This document shows, piece after piece, positions 36,927 through 49,945 of a stretch of 64,000 nucleotides of DNA; positions within the stretch are counted from its first letter, which is position 1, and each line of letters starts with the position of its first letter. A program made the position numbers and the translations under genes. This DNA comes from Antedon mediterranea. Lineage: Eukaryota > Animalia > Echinodermata. Below the pieces are notes generated by a model that saw only the letters and a list, made by a program, of their open reading frames with translations, did no database searches and was not told the DNA's origin. The DNA lies in contig NC_092674.1 of the NCBI RefSeq assembly GCF_964355755.1, forward strand, positions 5,890,001 through 5,954,000. Direction: 5' to 3'.

Positions 36927-37590
36927 CAGTGATGATATGAAACAACTAAAGCTCTGTCTACACTATCAAACTTTATGTGACAAAAAATGTGATTGGGCAC
37001 ATCACACGTTCTTGTCTAACTAGTTTGGTAGTGTAGACAGAGCTTTAGATTTAATTACACAACAGATAAAAAAAATATAAGAATTCTTTTTAATTTAGTA
37101 ATGTGACTATTAACAAATAAGACTATATGATACAATTATCCTCCGTAAATTAAGCAATCTATATCAAATTTAATAATAAATTAAAAACTAGAGATACTAT
37201 GTTCAATAGAAGATGAACCCAGTCAGATGAACCTTATGACCTTTGAACTTAAGCTTTAAACACTCCATTTTATTACTGACCAAGTTTAATTGAAATCAAA
37301 TTTCCAATTGTAAGACTAACCAGGGAAGAGTTAAATTACACTCTTCCCTGGACTAATCTACTATCCAGAACTATGTAAAAAATAAATTACATTTTTGTTA
37401 TATTACCAGCTTGTTAACTGTTTCATGTTGTTTGAAACGAGTACATACGCGATTTGAATAAATATAGAGTAATAAACTGTTTATAAAATGTTTCCTTATT
37501 TATTCATTTATTTATTAAATATTTTATTTCTGGGTTTATCGAATGTTACAGTCCATCGAATTCCCGTACTTTATATTCCAAATCATGCAG

Positions 37591-37759
37591 TATAATTATA
37601 CAGATATTGCCTGCTTAGAGGTGAAATATAAGATTTTACATCCCTGAGGGAATGATATTTTGCTCTCGGAAATATATTCCCAAAAGCAAAATATCATTCC
37701 CGAGGGATGTCAAATCTTATATTTTACCGATATAAAAGGTGATATCTGTTATATTATAT
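37591..37759. mobile_element. Palindromic MITE-like element
   Basis: AAATATAAGATTTTACATCCCTGAGGGAATGATATTTTGCT ... AGCAAAATATCATTCCCGAGGGATGTCAAATCTTATATTT. Confidence 0.6.
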
Positions 37760-37766
37760 AGCTAAC

Positions 37767-37924
37767 AACAAGTAGAATATCTACTGGGTCGGGTAGCTAG
37801 GCCTCCACAAGTAGAATATCTACTGGGTCGGGTAGCTAGGCCTCCACAAGTAGAATATCTACTGGGTCGGGTAGCTAGGCCTCCACAAGTAGAATATCTA
37901 CTGGGTCGGGTAGCTAGGCCTCCA
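37767..37924. repeat. 39-bp tandem repeat x4
   Basis: ACAAGTAGAATATCTACTGGGTCGGGTAGCTAGGCCTCC. Confidence 0.92.
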
Positions 37925-38371
37925 TTATGAAATAAGTCTGCCTAGATAATATAAGTAAATAATACACCCAACAAAACAATAATGAAATAATTATAATGCT
38001 TTACAATTATTCATATATTTACTACATACTACTGTATATACAAAAGATAGAAAAACAATGTACATTGAATGTTGTAGTTAAAACACTTGGCCTACAACAA
38101 ACATATTAATGTTTTGTATTTCCTACTCAAGTAATTCAATCCCATAATCTTGGCCTATTCTTTGTATCTTTGTTTGTAATAGTTCCGTCAGATTATGCTT
38201 TTGCACAAAATAACAAAATGAACCGACATACTTTTTTTAATTGAAAGGAATACAGTAGGCCTATATGAGCTAATGGGCATGACACACAACTGACATTACC
38301 AGAACGATATTTTCACTTTAAATCTAAGTATGGAACTGTAGGTCTAGTTTATAAAGGACCGTTTACACTAG

Positions 38372-38692
38372 AACGATAACGATCGACGATAAATATATAA
38401 ACATGCATTTTTTTTACATAAAACAAAAGAAATTAGAAAGGTTTTCGTTCTAAAACTATAGGATAATCATTTATGCTGTCTTGATAAATATAATATTTAA
38501 AAAATTTCAATCAAACGACGTCATGATAAATAAAAACTATAAAATCGTGGGTCGGACGTGTGAAAATATAATTTTCATTCAAGGAAGCATAGATGGTTAT
38601 TTTATAGTTCTAGAATGAAAAGTGTTTATATTTCTTTTGCTTTATGTATGAAAAATGCATATTTTGTCTATTTATCGTCGATCGTTATCGTT
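38372..38692. mobile_element. MITE-like element with inverted arms just downstream of the first otopetrin-like stop codon
   Basis: AACGATAACGATCGACGATAAAT ... ATTTATCGTCGATCGTTATCGTT. Confidence 0.65.
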
Positions 38693-38710
38693 ATCGTCCA
38701 AACACGTCTT

Positions 38711-40690
38711 TCAGAGCGGTTTGCTGGCCTGGTACAGCAAATCAATGGAAGTGAATCGATAGTATGCAGCAAGGGGGAGGAATATAATATTGATGATTAC
38801 AATAGTGTTTCCGAACGTTAAGTCATTTGTAGCAGTAGAATACTTTTCATTATCCGGAGAAACGAGTAAAATTATCAACCATTGAGTGACGTTTGTAATC
38901 ATCAAATAAATTAAAGAACGACGAATGATCGCGTTACCTCCATCATCTACACCTCTAGATCTCCGAGATTTTAGGATGAGCATTGTTTGCAGAGTTGATT
39001 GTACCAAGTTTATAACGGTCAATACAATTAGACCGGTCTGTATAACTATGCTATAGTTAATTTCCGATTTATCGACGTCAACAACTGTCTCTGTAAGGTT
39101 ATGGAAATCTGCGATTAAATTGCCGGTTGCCGATATACCATCACAGCAGCTTAACACAAATACACCTATTAAGCAAATCAGAAGAAGTATTTCGCTTCTG
39201 TTTAGCGACTTGTACAATTTCAGCCGGTTCTTATCTAGGTACTTTTTAGCAAGTATTATAGCAATGATCATTGTAGATTTGTAAATGATGAGACTGAATA
39301 TTAGGATGATACTGACGCTGTCGTGTTGGTGTAGAGTATAAAACTCTGTCATGCTTATCACAAATATAGACATTAGTAGAAGCACCACAAATATTATTAA
39401 CACCCTCGATGAACAGCGTCTGTTTGTAGATGGTATGTTACAATCCATGCTATCGTTGGGAGCGGTACTTATCTGTAGGGTTCTGTTGGTTAGTAGTCCA
39501 CACTGTCTGCTTCCGCAATTTTCTGTGTCACTTACACTGCCAATGTTTTCACTTCTGTCGTCGTTCGAATGCAAACTTGTCCAGTAGTGAAGAAGAATAC
39601 TCACAGCTAAAATATTGTACTCTTGTGAAAATGGTTGGAAAACACTTAGAAACTTCTGTATAGGAATTTGTACCAGCAGTGCATTCACACTATAGCACCA
39701 GACGACCTCATCATAGCTATTTGACGTAATGTTTGCTGGCTGTAAGTGTATCAAGGGCCAAGTCAGCTCCTGATATTCCACTTTTATTCCAAGTACAAGA
39801 ATACTTTCCTTTGCGATATTTTCCATCCAGCTGAGAACATTCGCAGACATGGTTAAAATGAACACATATTGGAAAAAAGAGCAGTTCTTGAAGGAAGCAC
39901 CTCTGAAACTTCTGAAGAACGCCACCTGAGCGATTGTAAAAAACACTTTAAAACAGTTGTATGCTACAAAAACAGTTTCGCGATACTTTTCTTTTCGTCT
40001 GCTTAGTAACGGAACACACTTTCCAATAACTACAATGTTTGTCAAGGCTAACACAATGTTGCAAATACCAAAGATATAAACACCAACAAGATGTTCAGAG
40101 TAGTTTTGAGAGTGAATATTTCCCGGAGAAGAGCCCTCCAAAAGAAGTGGTTGACGTTCATCATTAGGAAGCAACTGTTTTTTAGGACATCTGATAAGGT
40201 CTAACCTTTGCCATGATTTTTTTCTTCGAAGAATTAATATGATTACCGTTACGGAAACTGTATCAAAAATAATACAACTCCAATCTAACGTGTCCCCATG
40301 CACAGGATGACGTCCGCTACCGTAGAACGCAAACAGAAAAGCAATATAAAATGACGTTAATAGGAAAAATACAATCATGGACAATACACGACCGTCTTCG
40401 ACATAACTTTGCCGTGTTTTCACTAAGATGTCTCTGTCTTGATTCTCCAAAGCTGACCTGTACTCACCAGTTGTCATACTCATAGCGTCTGTTGTTGTTG
40501 CTGCTGCTGCTGTTCTGTCAACTGAAGACATGTCTTCTAGCTCTAGTTGTTCCTCACCAGACCAATCATTGCCTGTTGCTGGTCCATTTTCAGAAAACCA
40601 ATTAGAAGATTCTAGTTCTCTTCCCAAACCAGACACATATTCAACTATGTTTCCATTTTCCGTTTTTCTTCCATTAGTAAATGAAGACAT
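38711..40690 (-). CDS. Otopetrin-like multi-pass membrane protein, type A (659 aa, intronless)
   Basis: About 12 hydrophobic segments in two halves; otopetrin-like motifs FTIAQVAFF, SANVLSW, FQPFSQEYNILAVSILLHYW (cf. LYPFNIEY), QSTLQTMLIL, YLMITNVTQW, LPLAAYYRFTS (cf. P..IFYRxHS). Confidence 0.8.
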   Translation of the reverse strand: MSSFTNGRKTENGNIVEYVSGLGRELESSNWFSENGPATGNDWSGEEQLELEDMSSVDRTAAAATTTDAMSMTTGEYRSALENQDRDILVKTRQSYVEDGRVLSMIVFFLLTSFYIAFLFAFYGSGRHPVHGDTLDWSCIIFDTVSVTVIILILRRKKSWQRLDLIRCPKKQLLPNDERQPLLLEGSSPGNIHSQNYSEHLVGVYIFGICNIVLALTNIVVIGKCVPLLSRRKEKYRETVFVAYNCFKVFFTIAQVAFFRSFRGASFKNCSFFQYVFILTMSANVLSWMENIAKESILVLGIKVEYQELTWPLIHLQPANITSNSYDEVVWCYSVNALLVQIPIQKFLSVFQPFSQEYNILAVSILLHYWTSLHSNDDRSENIGSVSDTENCGSRQCGLLTNRTLQISTAPNDSMDCNIPSTNRRCSSRVLIIFVVLLLMSIFVISMTEFYTLHQHDSVSIILIFSLIIYKSTMIIAIILAKKYLDKNRLKLYKSLNRSEILLLICLIGVFVLSCCDGISATGNLIADFHNLTETVVDVDKSEINYSIVIQTGLIVLTVINLVQSTLQTMLILKSRRSRGVDDGGNAIIRRSLIYLMITNVTQWLIILLVSPDNEKYSTATNDLTFGNTIVIINIIFLPLAAYYRFTSIDLLYQASKPL

Positions 40691-42922
40691 ATTTGTTTCT
40701 ATGTCTACACAATACGAAAACTTATTTCCTCATGTTCAAAACGAACAAATTCATGTATAAGAGTGAAATACAATCCGTCTCGGTAATATCTCGGTAATTT
40801 CCTTGTGTTATTCTTAGCCTCATTGGCTGTACAGTAATTCCAAAATTCATGAAGTGTATTGTGTACTTCTTCCTGGTTATCGGTACTCACATAGACTTTC
40901 CCCAAGTAGTTATTGTCTTTTTTTATAATATTGTTCGTACTGTCGATTCCAGCTCAATAAGTATACGTATGACACGCCATGTGCCAACAAATGCACCACC
41001 AAAATCTTTGGCCAAACTACTCAAAATATATGCTACGAGTGCTTTATTTAAAACAAGCACAAACAGTAAAACTGATATCAACCATCACCGAATTATTACT
41101 TGTTTCACGTCTGATTATTATTTAATTGCACGAAGATACTTTTCTATTTGCACATTGTTATGTATTGTCAAGATATATATTTAGATTAATAATATTCGCC
41201 AATAATTCGATGCAATCATGGAACAAGCAAGTTTTCCGCGTACTAATTAACTACATTTTTATAGTAAAAATTGCCAATTTCTTCTAATTGTGTAGATTTA
41301 GTGTAGAATTTTTACTTTTAATTGAACCAAAATAAAGTACAGTACTTCAAATACCTTTAGTGGCGCTTCATCGACAGTCTGTCGACTTCTTCAAGTGTTT
41401 GGATTGGTGTGTAATGTATGACGCTGTAATAATATGACAATAGTAGAATTGGTTTCACTTCCTAACAATCATGTTTAAGTTTTACTTTGTTTATCCTATC
41501 GCGTTTATTCGCTATTAGTTTATTAAGTATATTGACTTTTACACTTGTATAATTTCTCTTAAACATTTAAAATTAACAAATTATTATGATTAATGTAAGT
41601 TAAGTAAATGATTATAATTATGTATTAATTATGTACAATAGTTTATTATGCATCATATACATGATATGATTGAATGAAATTGAATAAAAGTGGTGCATGC
41701 CAAAAAAAAAAATATATATATATATATATTGTAATCGACTATCGCAAGTCATCTAGATACGATTATGTGTATTAAATAGGCTGTCGTTAGGTTCGTATGT
41801 AGTGCATTGAGTATAGTTTTAGATTAGTAATACACTTACATTATAAAAACCTAAGTAGGGTAAATGCAACACCTTTCGTTTTCTCTTAGTGTAAAATAAA
41901 TTAACTCCATTAGAAAAAAAATCAATTCAATGCAAATGATCTAAATGACGTCACAAATTAATTGTAAATTTATTCGTCTAAATATCTTAACAAATCAAGA
42001 AATACAACCATTTCATTTGTATATACCGACAAATTCTGTCACATCGACTAATACATTTTTAATTACAAAAGATAATAATGCTTTCTAATTTAATTTAGCA
42101 ATGTGACTATTAACAATTAAGACTATGATACAATTAGTCATTGAGTTATCGGTGATTATTCCGATAGCTGGCGTAACTAAAACAATCTACCCAATATCAT
42201 AATAAATAAAAACCAGAGATACTCAATACAACATGAACCAAGTCAGATGAATCTTATGACCTTTGAACTTAAGCTTTAAACACTCCATTTATTATTGACC
42301 AAGTTTGATTGAAATCAAACTTCCATTTGTAAGACTAACCTACTATCCATAATTATGTAAAATAAAATACAAATTTACATAATTACGTTATTATTACATT
42401 AATATTACATCACGAGCTACACACATAGTACAAGTCGTAAAACCTCTTCACCACGAGATCACGTGACCATCATTAGCCTACATTTAGTTATACCAGGGAG
42501 TTGAACTCCCTGGTTATACAATTCCAATGTTTTGGCATTCCTTTTTAATTGAGTATAACATTTATTAGTGTAATACAGGCTTTTTATTTTACATTATTTA
42601 CATTTTTTGTAATGGTATATAGTAGTTTGATTTAGTATAGTTTTAGTATACTTTGTCATTTTAAAAAGGACCCTCATATATCAGCTGTCATGCAGATCCT
42701 AAATAAAGTTAAACCTAACATTTTAAAAACTTCATTATTATTACTACATTACGTAAGAGCTATACACAAACACATACAAGTCGTAAAACCTCTTTACCGA
42801 GATCACGCATACAATGACCACCAGTACACTTAGTTATACCAGGGAGTTGAACTATATCAGCTGTCATTCAGATCTTAAATAAAGTTAGTTTTTTTTTAAA
42901 TTCATCCATTCACTCTGTAGTA

Positions 42923-44826
42923 CTACTTCAAAAGCTTGTAGATTTGGTAAAGCAAACTTACACTAATAAATCGAATGTATGCAGCAAGCGGGTAAACAAA
43001 TATGTTAATAACAAAAATAGACTTTCCAAAAACGACATCGTTTTGGTCAGATGAGTAAATTTCAGAACCTGGAGAAAAGTATGCATTGCCTAACCAGTGA
43101 GCGGCATTAGCTATCATTAAATAAATCAAACAACGGCGAATGATAACTTTAGAATGATCGTCCATGCTCCTAGCCCTTCGAGATTTCAGGATTAACATTG
43201 TCTGGCGGCTTAGTTGAACTATGTTAACAACTGCCATTACAAACAGACCGATCCCTCTAGTTAGATTGTAATCAACTTCCGATGTATCCATTTCAAATTT
43301 CTCTGTAAGATTCTGGACATCTATTATTACATTACTAGTTGCAGCTATACCATCACAGCAACTTATCACAAATATGCCGACTAGGCAGAAGAGAAGTAGT
43401 CGTTCGCTTCTGCTTAGCGACTTGCATAGTTTTATTGGAGTTTTATTACAGTGCTTTTTGCCAACTTCTGTTGCTATAAGCATGGTGAATTTGTAAATTA
43501 ACAAACCAAATATTTCTATGGTACTGACACTATGACTATGTGGGATTAGATTAAACAACTCTGACATACCTATCGTTGCTACGCATAGTAATATTATTCC
43601 TATAATTACAACACCGTGAATAAATTTAATATTGCCTCTTGTCGTAAATTCCGTGGACTGTCCATGGTCTATGTATTCGGTGTTAATAGCGGTTATGTAT
43701 TGTGTTCTATTACGTAATTGTGACCAGCTAACGCGAACTCTTTGAACTTGTACTATGTCTCTAGCGTTTTCGTTTATAGGCCTACTATCTAGTATATTTC
43801 CACTTCTGTCGTTCGAATGCAAATTCGTCCAGTAGTGTAGCAGAATGCTTACAGCCAAAATGTTATACTCTTTGGAAAACGATTGACAAATTCTCAACAC
43901 CGTCTGCATCGGAGAAGAATTTACCATTAACTGACTGTAACACCAAGCAACAACATATTTGCTATCTGTTGTATTTGCTGGCTGTACATTTATCAATGGC
44001 CAAGTCTTTTCAATGTATTCATCTTTTATTTCCTCTGCCGTACTTGACATCAAACAAAGAATATTCGCAGAAATTGTTAAAGTGAACGCATATTGGAACA
44101 AAGAAGAGTTTCTGAAGGAGGCACTTTTAAAACATCGGAAGAATGCTATCTGAATACAGGTGAAAAACACTTGTAAACAGTTGGATATTATATAAATAAC
44201 TTCTTGATATTTATCTATGTCTCTAGTTACAGATTCGCACATTCCAATCAATGAATGTATATAAGTGATTGAAAAATGTTGCAAATACCAAACAAATAAA
44301 CACCCGCAATAGGTTCAGAAGAAGTTTCGCTGCTTATATTTTGTGCGGGATGCTGACCTGACAAGAGTAGTGGTCTACGTTCATCATTACAGAACAAATG
44401 TCCTTCAGGATTTCGGATGATTTCTACCTTTTTACGCAGAATATATATCATCATTGTCATTGAAATAGAGTAATTAGTAATATTAATCCAATCCAAAATG
44501 TGCCTATGTACAGCATATCGTCCGTTACTATAAAGAGCAAACAGAAAAGCAATGTAAAATGAAATAATGAAGAAAAATACAATCAACGATGAAACCTGAC
44601 CATCTTCAACAAAACTGATATCACTTGTGATGGTAGTTACTTCATAATTTCTTTCCAAATCAGTTAAAATGTTTCCATTTGCTGTTGCAGTTCCATTGGA
44701 AGAAGACGACATATTTTCCAGGTCAGGCCAGCAATCAGTTAAAATATTTCCATTTTCTGTTGAAGTTTCATTTGGAGATTGGTCTTTCCTTCTGTCTTCT
44801 GCTGTTCCATCGGAAGAAGACGACAT
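42923..44826 (-). pseudogene. Otopetrin-like type B copy 1, single 1-bp deletion at ~44253
   Basis: Near-identical to 54804-56693; + strand CAATCAATG-AATGTAT here versus CAATCAATGTAATGTAT in both paralogues; ORF split into 44248-44826 and 42923-44284. Confidence 0.8.
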
Positions 44827-45635
44827 ATTTTCCAGGTCAGACCAGAATTCAGTTCAGGTTGAAATAAAATCCGTCTCGGTATGTAATATCTCGATAATTT
44901 TCTTGTGTTATTCTTAGTCTCATTGGCTGTACAGCAATCCCAAAATGCATGCATTGTTTCTTCCTCATTGATTTACAGTTGACCACATTTCAATGTTATT
45001 CCCAATCATTAAGTATTATTTCCTATTTCTTCCTATCGGTACTCACATAGACTTTCCCCAAGTTTTTCTTTTATTTTCAAGACACGTCATGATCTGTTGA
45101 GTGTCCATTCCCAAGAGACATGTTAGATTGTCACTTCTTTTCCACATTAGGCAGGTGTTCACTTATATTTCCATTTTCTGTTGCCTTTCCATTTCCAAGT
45201 GATGACATTATTATTCTTAGCTCTCAATCTACACCATACAACTGACACTGTAATTATTTCCTGTAGTTTGAAACTAGTACAGTATTGTACATTATTTGTA
45301 TAAGGGTATGAATACAATCCATCCCAATACTATGTGTCATACAATAGGCTTACAGTTACTTTGTTTAATCTAAAAAGTTGGAGGAGTAAAAATGCAAATA
45401 TAGCATAAAAAATAAATATATACACATAATTATAGGCCTACTATATATAATTAAAAAAATAATAGACTTAAACAGGTTTTGTTTTGGAAAGGCTTCTTAG
45501 TTCTTGCCAGAATTAAGAAAATATAATCAATAATGTTGTTTATAATTATAATGAAAATATTGATATTGATTGTTAAAAATAAAAATACAGTATTCAAAGT
45601 TATTATTCAATTGATAAGTCTTACATGTAGGTTAG

Positions 45636-47609
45636 TCAATTCTTCAAAGATTTACTGGCTTGGTACAGCAAATCTACCGAAGTGAATCGGTAATACGCAG
45701 CAAGAGAGCGGAAAGTGATATTTACAATCACCATTGTGTCTCCGAACATAAAATAATTTGTATCATAAAAGCATGTTTTAGAGTCCGGAGAAACAACTAT
45801 ATTACTCAGCCAGATAGTGGCATTGGTTATCATTAAATACTTCAAACAACGTCGAATGATAACTTTAGCGTCATTATCAATACTCTTAGTTCGTCGAATT
45901 TTCAAGATGAGTATTGTTTGCAGACTTGTTTGTACTATGTTTATAATTGTCAATAAAATCATAAAAAGCTGTCTTGCTATGCTAAGATTCATTTGCGATT
46001 TATTGATTTCCGCCGTTTCTGTGAGATTCTGGATATCTGCTATCAATTTGCCAGTTGCAGAAACACCACCACAGCAGCTCAACACATATACACCGATTAG
46101 GCAGAATAGAAGAAGTGATTCGCTTCTGTTTAAGGACTTACACAATAATTGTTGTGGAGTTTTATTAAGATAGTTTTTGGCAAATACGATAGCAATAATC
46201 ATAGTAGATTTGTAAATTAATAGAGTAAATATCTGTATGGTACCAAATATATCATATTGGATAAAGGTATACAATTCTGTCATACCTATAATAAAAACAG
46301 ATGGTAGTAAGATAAATACTGCCAGTGCTATCCATTGACAGCAGTTATAGTTAGTTTTTTTGTTGTTGCTTGCTGTGCGTTCGTTTACTCTATAATCTGA
46401 AATAGTACGTGTTATGCAGCGCCTTCTAACCTGATCTCGGCTGTTGTCATTGTAATTGGTGGTTGTAGTTCCGTATGCACTTCCTACCATCCTTGTGCGT
46501 GTGGCTGTATTTCGGTCATTATTGGGATGCATACTCATCCAATAGTGCAGCAGAATACTTACACACACAATATGAAATTCTTTTGAAAATGGTTGAAGAC
46601 TGCTGAACAATGTACGTAGAGGAGTTTGAATTTGATCGTAGCATATTAAGATATTATCGTTCTTATTTGACATATTTGCTGGCTCTAAATCAATCAGTGG
46701 CCAATCCAATTCCTTATATTCCGCTGGTATTCCACTTACAGCAAGACTTTCATTTCCGACACTATCAATCAAGCTGAGAATATTCGAAGACATCGTAAAG
46801 ATGAATGCATATTGAAAAAAAGAGCAGTTTTTGAAAGAGGCCCCTTTAAAACATCTGAAGAACGTCATCTGGACTGAAGTGAAAAACACTTGGAAAAACG
46901 TGTACATTATAAACACACCCTGTCGATAGGTATCTATATCTCTAGTTAGTAAATGGACACACATTCCAGTAAGTACAATATGCGTCACTGATAGAATGAT
47001 GTTTAATGTACCAAAGACATAAACGCCAACAAGAGGCTCAGAGACGTTTTCGTACTTAATCTTCTCTGGTGGTGGAAAATCTTCTAAGAGGAGAGGTTGA
47101 CGTTCATCACTAGGTAGCGACTGTCTTTGAGGATTTCTAATAAAGTCAAGCTCTTGCCATGATTTTCTCTTTCGCAGAATGTACATCATTATTATCATTG
47201 AAATCGAATGGATAATGATAACAATCCAATGCAAAATGTCCCCATGAATACTATAGCCTCCGCTACTATAGTGAGCCAACAGCAAAGTAATGTAAAATGA
47301 AATGAAGCAGAAAAACACGAACATTGACGACAAACGGCCATCCTCGACGAAACTGCTTGTATCACATGTTGTTCTTTGATCTCCTGATTTTTGCGTTCTA
47401 TCCTCAAATGAAGGTTCTTGATTTATTTCTGAAATTTCCTCGTCAGATGAACCAATATTAACTTCTAGCTGTTTTTGTACATACGGATCATTGTTGTATG
47501 TTGCTGTACTGTCCAAAGACCTATTATATTGTAGCCTTTCTTCTACATCAGGCAGGTATTCACTTATGTTTCCATTTTCTGTTTCCTTTCCATTCCTAAA
47601 CAAAGACAT
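45636..47609 (-). CDS. Otopetrin-like protein, type C (657 aa, intronless)
   Basis: Same architecture as 38711-40690: FTSVQMTFF, LQPFSKEFHIVCVSILLHYW, QTSLQTILIL, YLMITNATIW, LAAYYRFTS. Confidence 0.8.
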   Translation of the reverse strand: MSLFRNGKETENGNISEYLPDVEERLQYNRSLDSTATYNNDPYVQKQLEVNIGSSDEEISEINQEPSFEDRTQKSGDQRTTCDTSSFVEDGRLSSMFVFFCFISFYITLLLAHYSSGGYSIHGDILHWIVIIIHSISMIIMMYILRKRKSWQELDFIRNPQRQSLPSDERQPLLLEDFPPPEKIKYENVSEPLVGVYVFGTLNIILSVTHIVLTGMCVHLLTRDIDTYRQGVFIMYTFFQVFFTSVQMTFFRCFKGASFKNCSFFQYAFIFTMSSNILSLIDSVGNESLAVSGIPAEYKELDWPLIDLEPANMSNKNDNILICYDQIQTPLRTLFSSLQPFSKEFHIVCVSILLHYWMSMHPNNDRNTATRTRMVGSAYGTTTTNYNDNSRDQVRRRCITRTISDYRVNERTASNNKKTNYNCCQWIALAVFILLPSVFIIGMTELYTFIQYDIFGTIQIFTLLIYKSTMIIAIVFAKNYLNKTPQQLLCKSLNRSESLLLFCLIGVYVLSCCGGVSATGKLIADIQNLTETAEINKSQMNLSIARQLFMILLTIINIVQTSLQTILILKIRRTKSIDNDAKVIIRRCLKYLMITNATIWLSNIVVSPDSKTCFYDTNYFMFGDTMVIVNITFRSLAAYYRFTSVDLLYQASKSLKN

Positions 47610-49027
47610 TTTCCTAGATCGATAAAATCACACCATACAACGCTACCAGCGTACAACTATATCATTTCGTTGAAAACTTGTACAATTACATAATATTCCG
47701 GCTGGCTATTATGCATTTTATTTATATGTCAGGTATACTAAGGCAGGTTATTTCCCTATTTTATTTTTTAGGTTTTTCATTGATTGAATGTTATGGTTGA
47801 TTTCATCCATGGTTACAATTAATGCTCTTTTGATAAGCCCTAAAAAGTTGTTTATTTTATTTTATTTTATTTGACGCCAATATAATATAAATTTACGTAA
47901 GGGAACATTTCGGTAAATCGCGCGTTACTTCTAGAATGTTTACTCGATGGTACTGTACATAAAGTTGGTTCGTACTTTCGGTACTGATTTTAACCACCTG
48001 ATGTAACCCTGTTTACTAATTAAATTGTTTTAGATAATTAGTTATTGACAATTAAAACGAATTTATGATCAACGATGTGGCCCAAATAGGGGTATTTTCC
48101 GATCGTGGTATACACTGTCTAATGGATGTCCATCTTGAAAAATACCCGCACACAATATGCCAGGATGCTTCGCATTTACCTATCTCCTTCTACGATAATT
48201 GATTTTAATAGTTCAAACCCGGTTGAACATCTCGAAGACAGGCCAATTTTGATAGATTTAATATACGTTTATACAAATGTATTGATTTGCGATGAATGGA
48301 ACATTCCAATCTATCAGTCTCCCAGTACAGTATAATTATTTGGTTTAGCACAACTAAGAACATTTATGGGCCCTTGGGGGATAAACTTAAACCTTTTTTA
48401 GTCGCCATTTGACTTCGCAAATTTCTTTTCGCGCCGCGGCTCTAGCCAGCTATGTCCCAGGAGGACACATTCATTAATAAGCTGTTTCATAGCGGTAGCT
48501 TTAGTATCTAAGGCTGACAGTTTTGTGAATTTGGAAACTCGACTATAATTTATAGGTAGCTGCTGGACCCAAAAAACGTCTGGGAGAAGAGAGTCTATAT
48601 GAAAGCCTTTGTTGATAATACAGTATTATTGAGATGTAGACGGAAATCTGTAAAATCTTGTTTAATAAATAATAACTTCATTTTTGCTGTCAACCAGGCC
48701 GGTATTATAATAAGTCACTGTCAAATAATCATTCGATAATGGTCAAAACTTTATTTTGGCTCTGTCAACATAAAGGGAAGTATTTACAATGACTTTCTTT
48801 TTTATGACTGTCAATCTAGGCCAATGTTATAATTCAAAATGAAACTCCAACCTCTCTAATCAAAAGATTGAACTCGAAAACGGACCGTTTTTTTTTTAAT
48901 TGGGTATGTTGAAACATTTCAATATTCATTTAAAAAAGTACATTAATTATGGTATTGATCAGTGGCTATAGAGGCGTAAAAACCCTCGGTCAATATCATG
49001 TAAAATGCACTGTGGAAGGGTCATTAT

Positions 49028-49945
49028 TAAGACTCCAAAATTGGGCTTATCAACAAATAAATACTTTCGTTCAAAATGTAAAATCAAGGCTGAAAAATTG
49101 GGCTTATCAACAACAAAATATTTTATTATTAGACGCGATAACATCAAGGATAATCAGTATAATTATTAATATAGCCACTGTTACTAGTTTTATTCTACAT
49201 GCTAAAGTAAATAAAAATCCACTAGAAAACAAGCAAGTCTGAATGTTATGCTTATTAGCCATTCTATGTTTGTTACTGTAGGCCTATGATTGTTTGCAAT
49301 GTCCACATATTATTTCCGTGGGCATATCTATAGTGTATCACTCACAAAAAAGACGTGTGAGGTTCTTTCTTTAGATTTTGAAGAATGATTTGTGTTACAG
49401 GTTCACACAAGAGTCAAATGCTCAAGATATCAGCTAACGCCATGGGACCCTTGGCTTATCAATGAATAATAAATACAGTACTACTTTCGTTCAATTGAAA
49501 TCGGAATCTGACCGTTTCATTAAATTGGGTGTGATTAGGCCTAAACATATAATAATTTATTAAAAAGGTACAATAAAAACAAATGCATCAGAGGCGTAAA
49601 GAACCCACGGTCAATATCATGTAAAATGTATATGGTATAAGCACTGTGGAAGGGGTCATTATTATTAAACTGGAAAATTCGGCTTATCAACAAATAAATA
49701 CTTTCATTTAAAATGTAAAATAAGAATGCAAAATTGGGCTTATCAACAAATAAATACTTTCGTTCAAAATGTAAAATAAGACTGCACAATTGGGCTTATC
49801 AACAAATAAAATACTTTTTTCAAAATGTAAAATTAAGACTGGAAAATTGGGCTTATAAACAAATAAATACTTTTTTTCAAAATGTAAAATTAAGACTGGA
49901 AAATTGGGCTTATAAACAAATAAATACTTCCCTTCAAAATGTAAG
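49028..49945. repeat. ~55-60 bp tandem repeat clusters (49028-49120 and 49672-49945)
   Basis: AAAATTGGGCTTATCAACAAATAAATACTTTCGTTCAAAATGTAAAATAAGACTG units. Confidence 0.8.
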
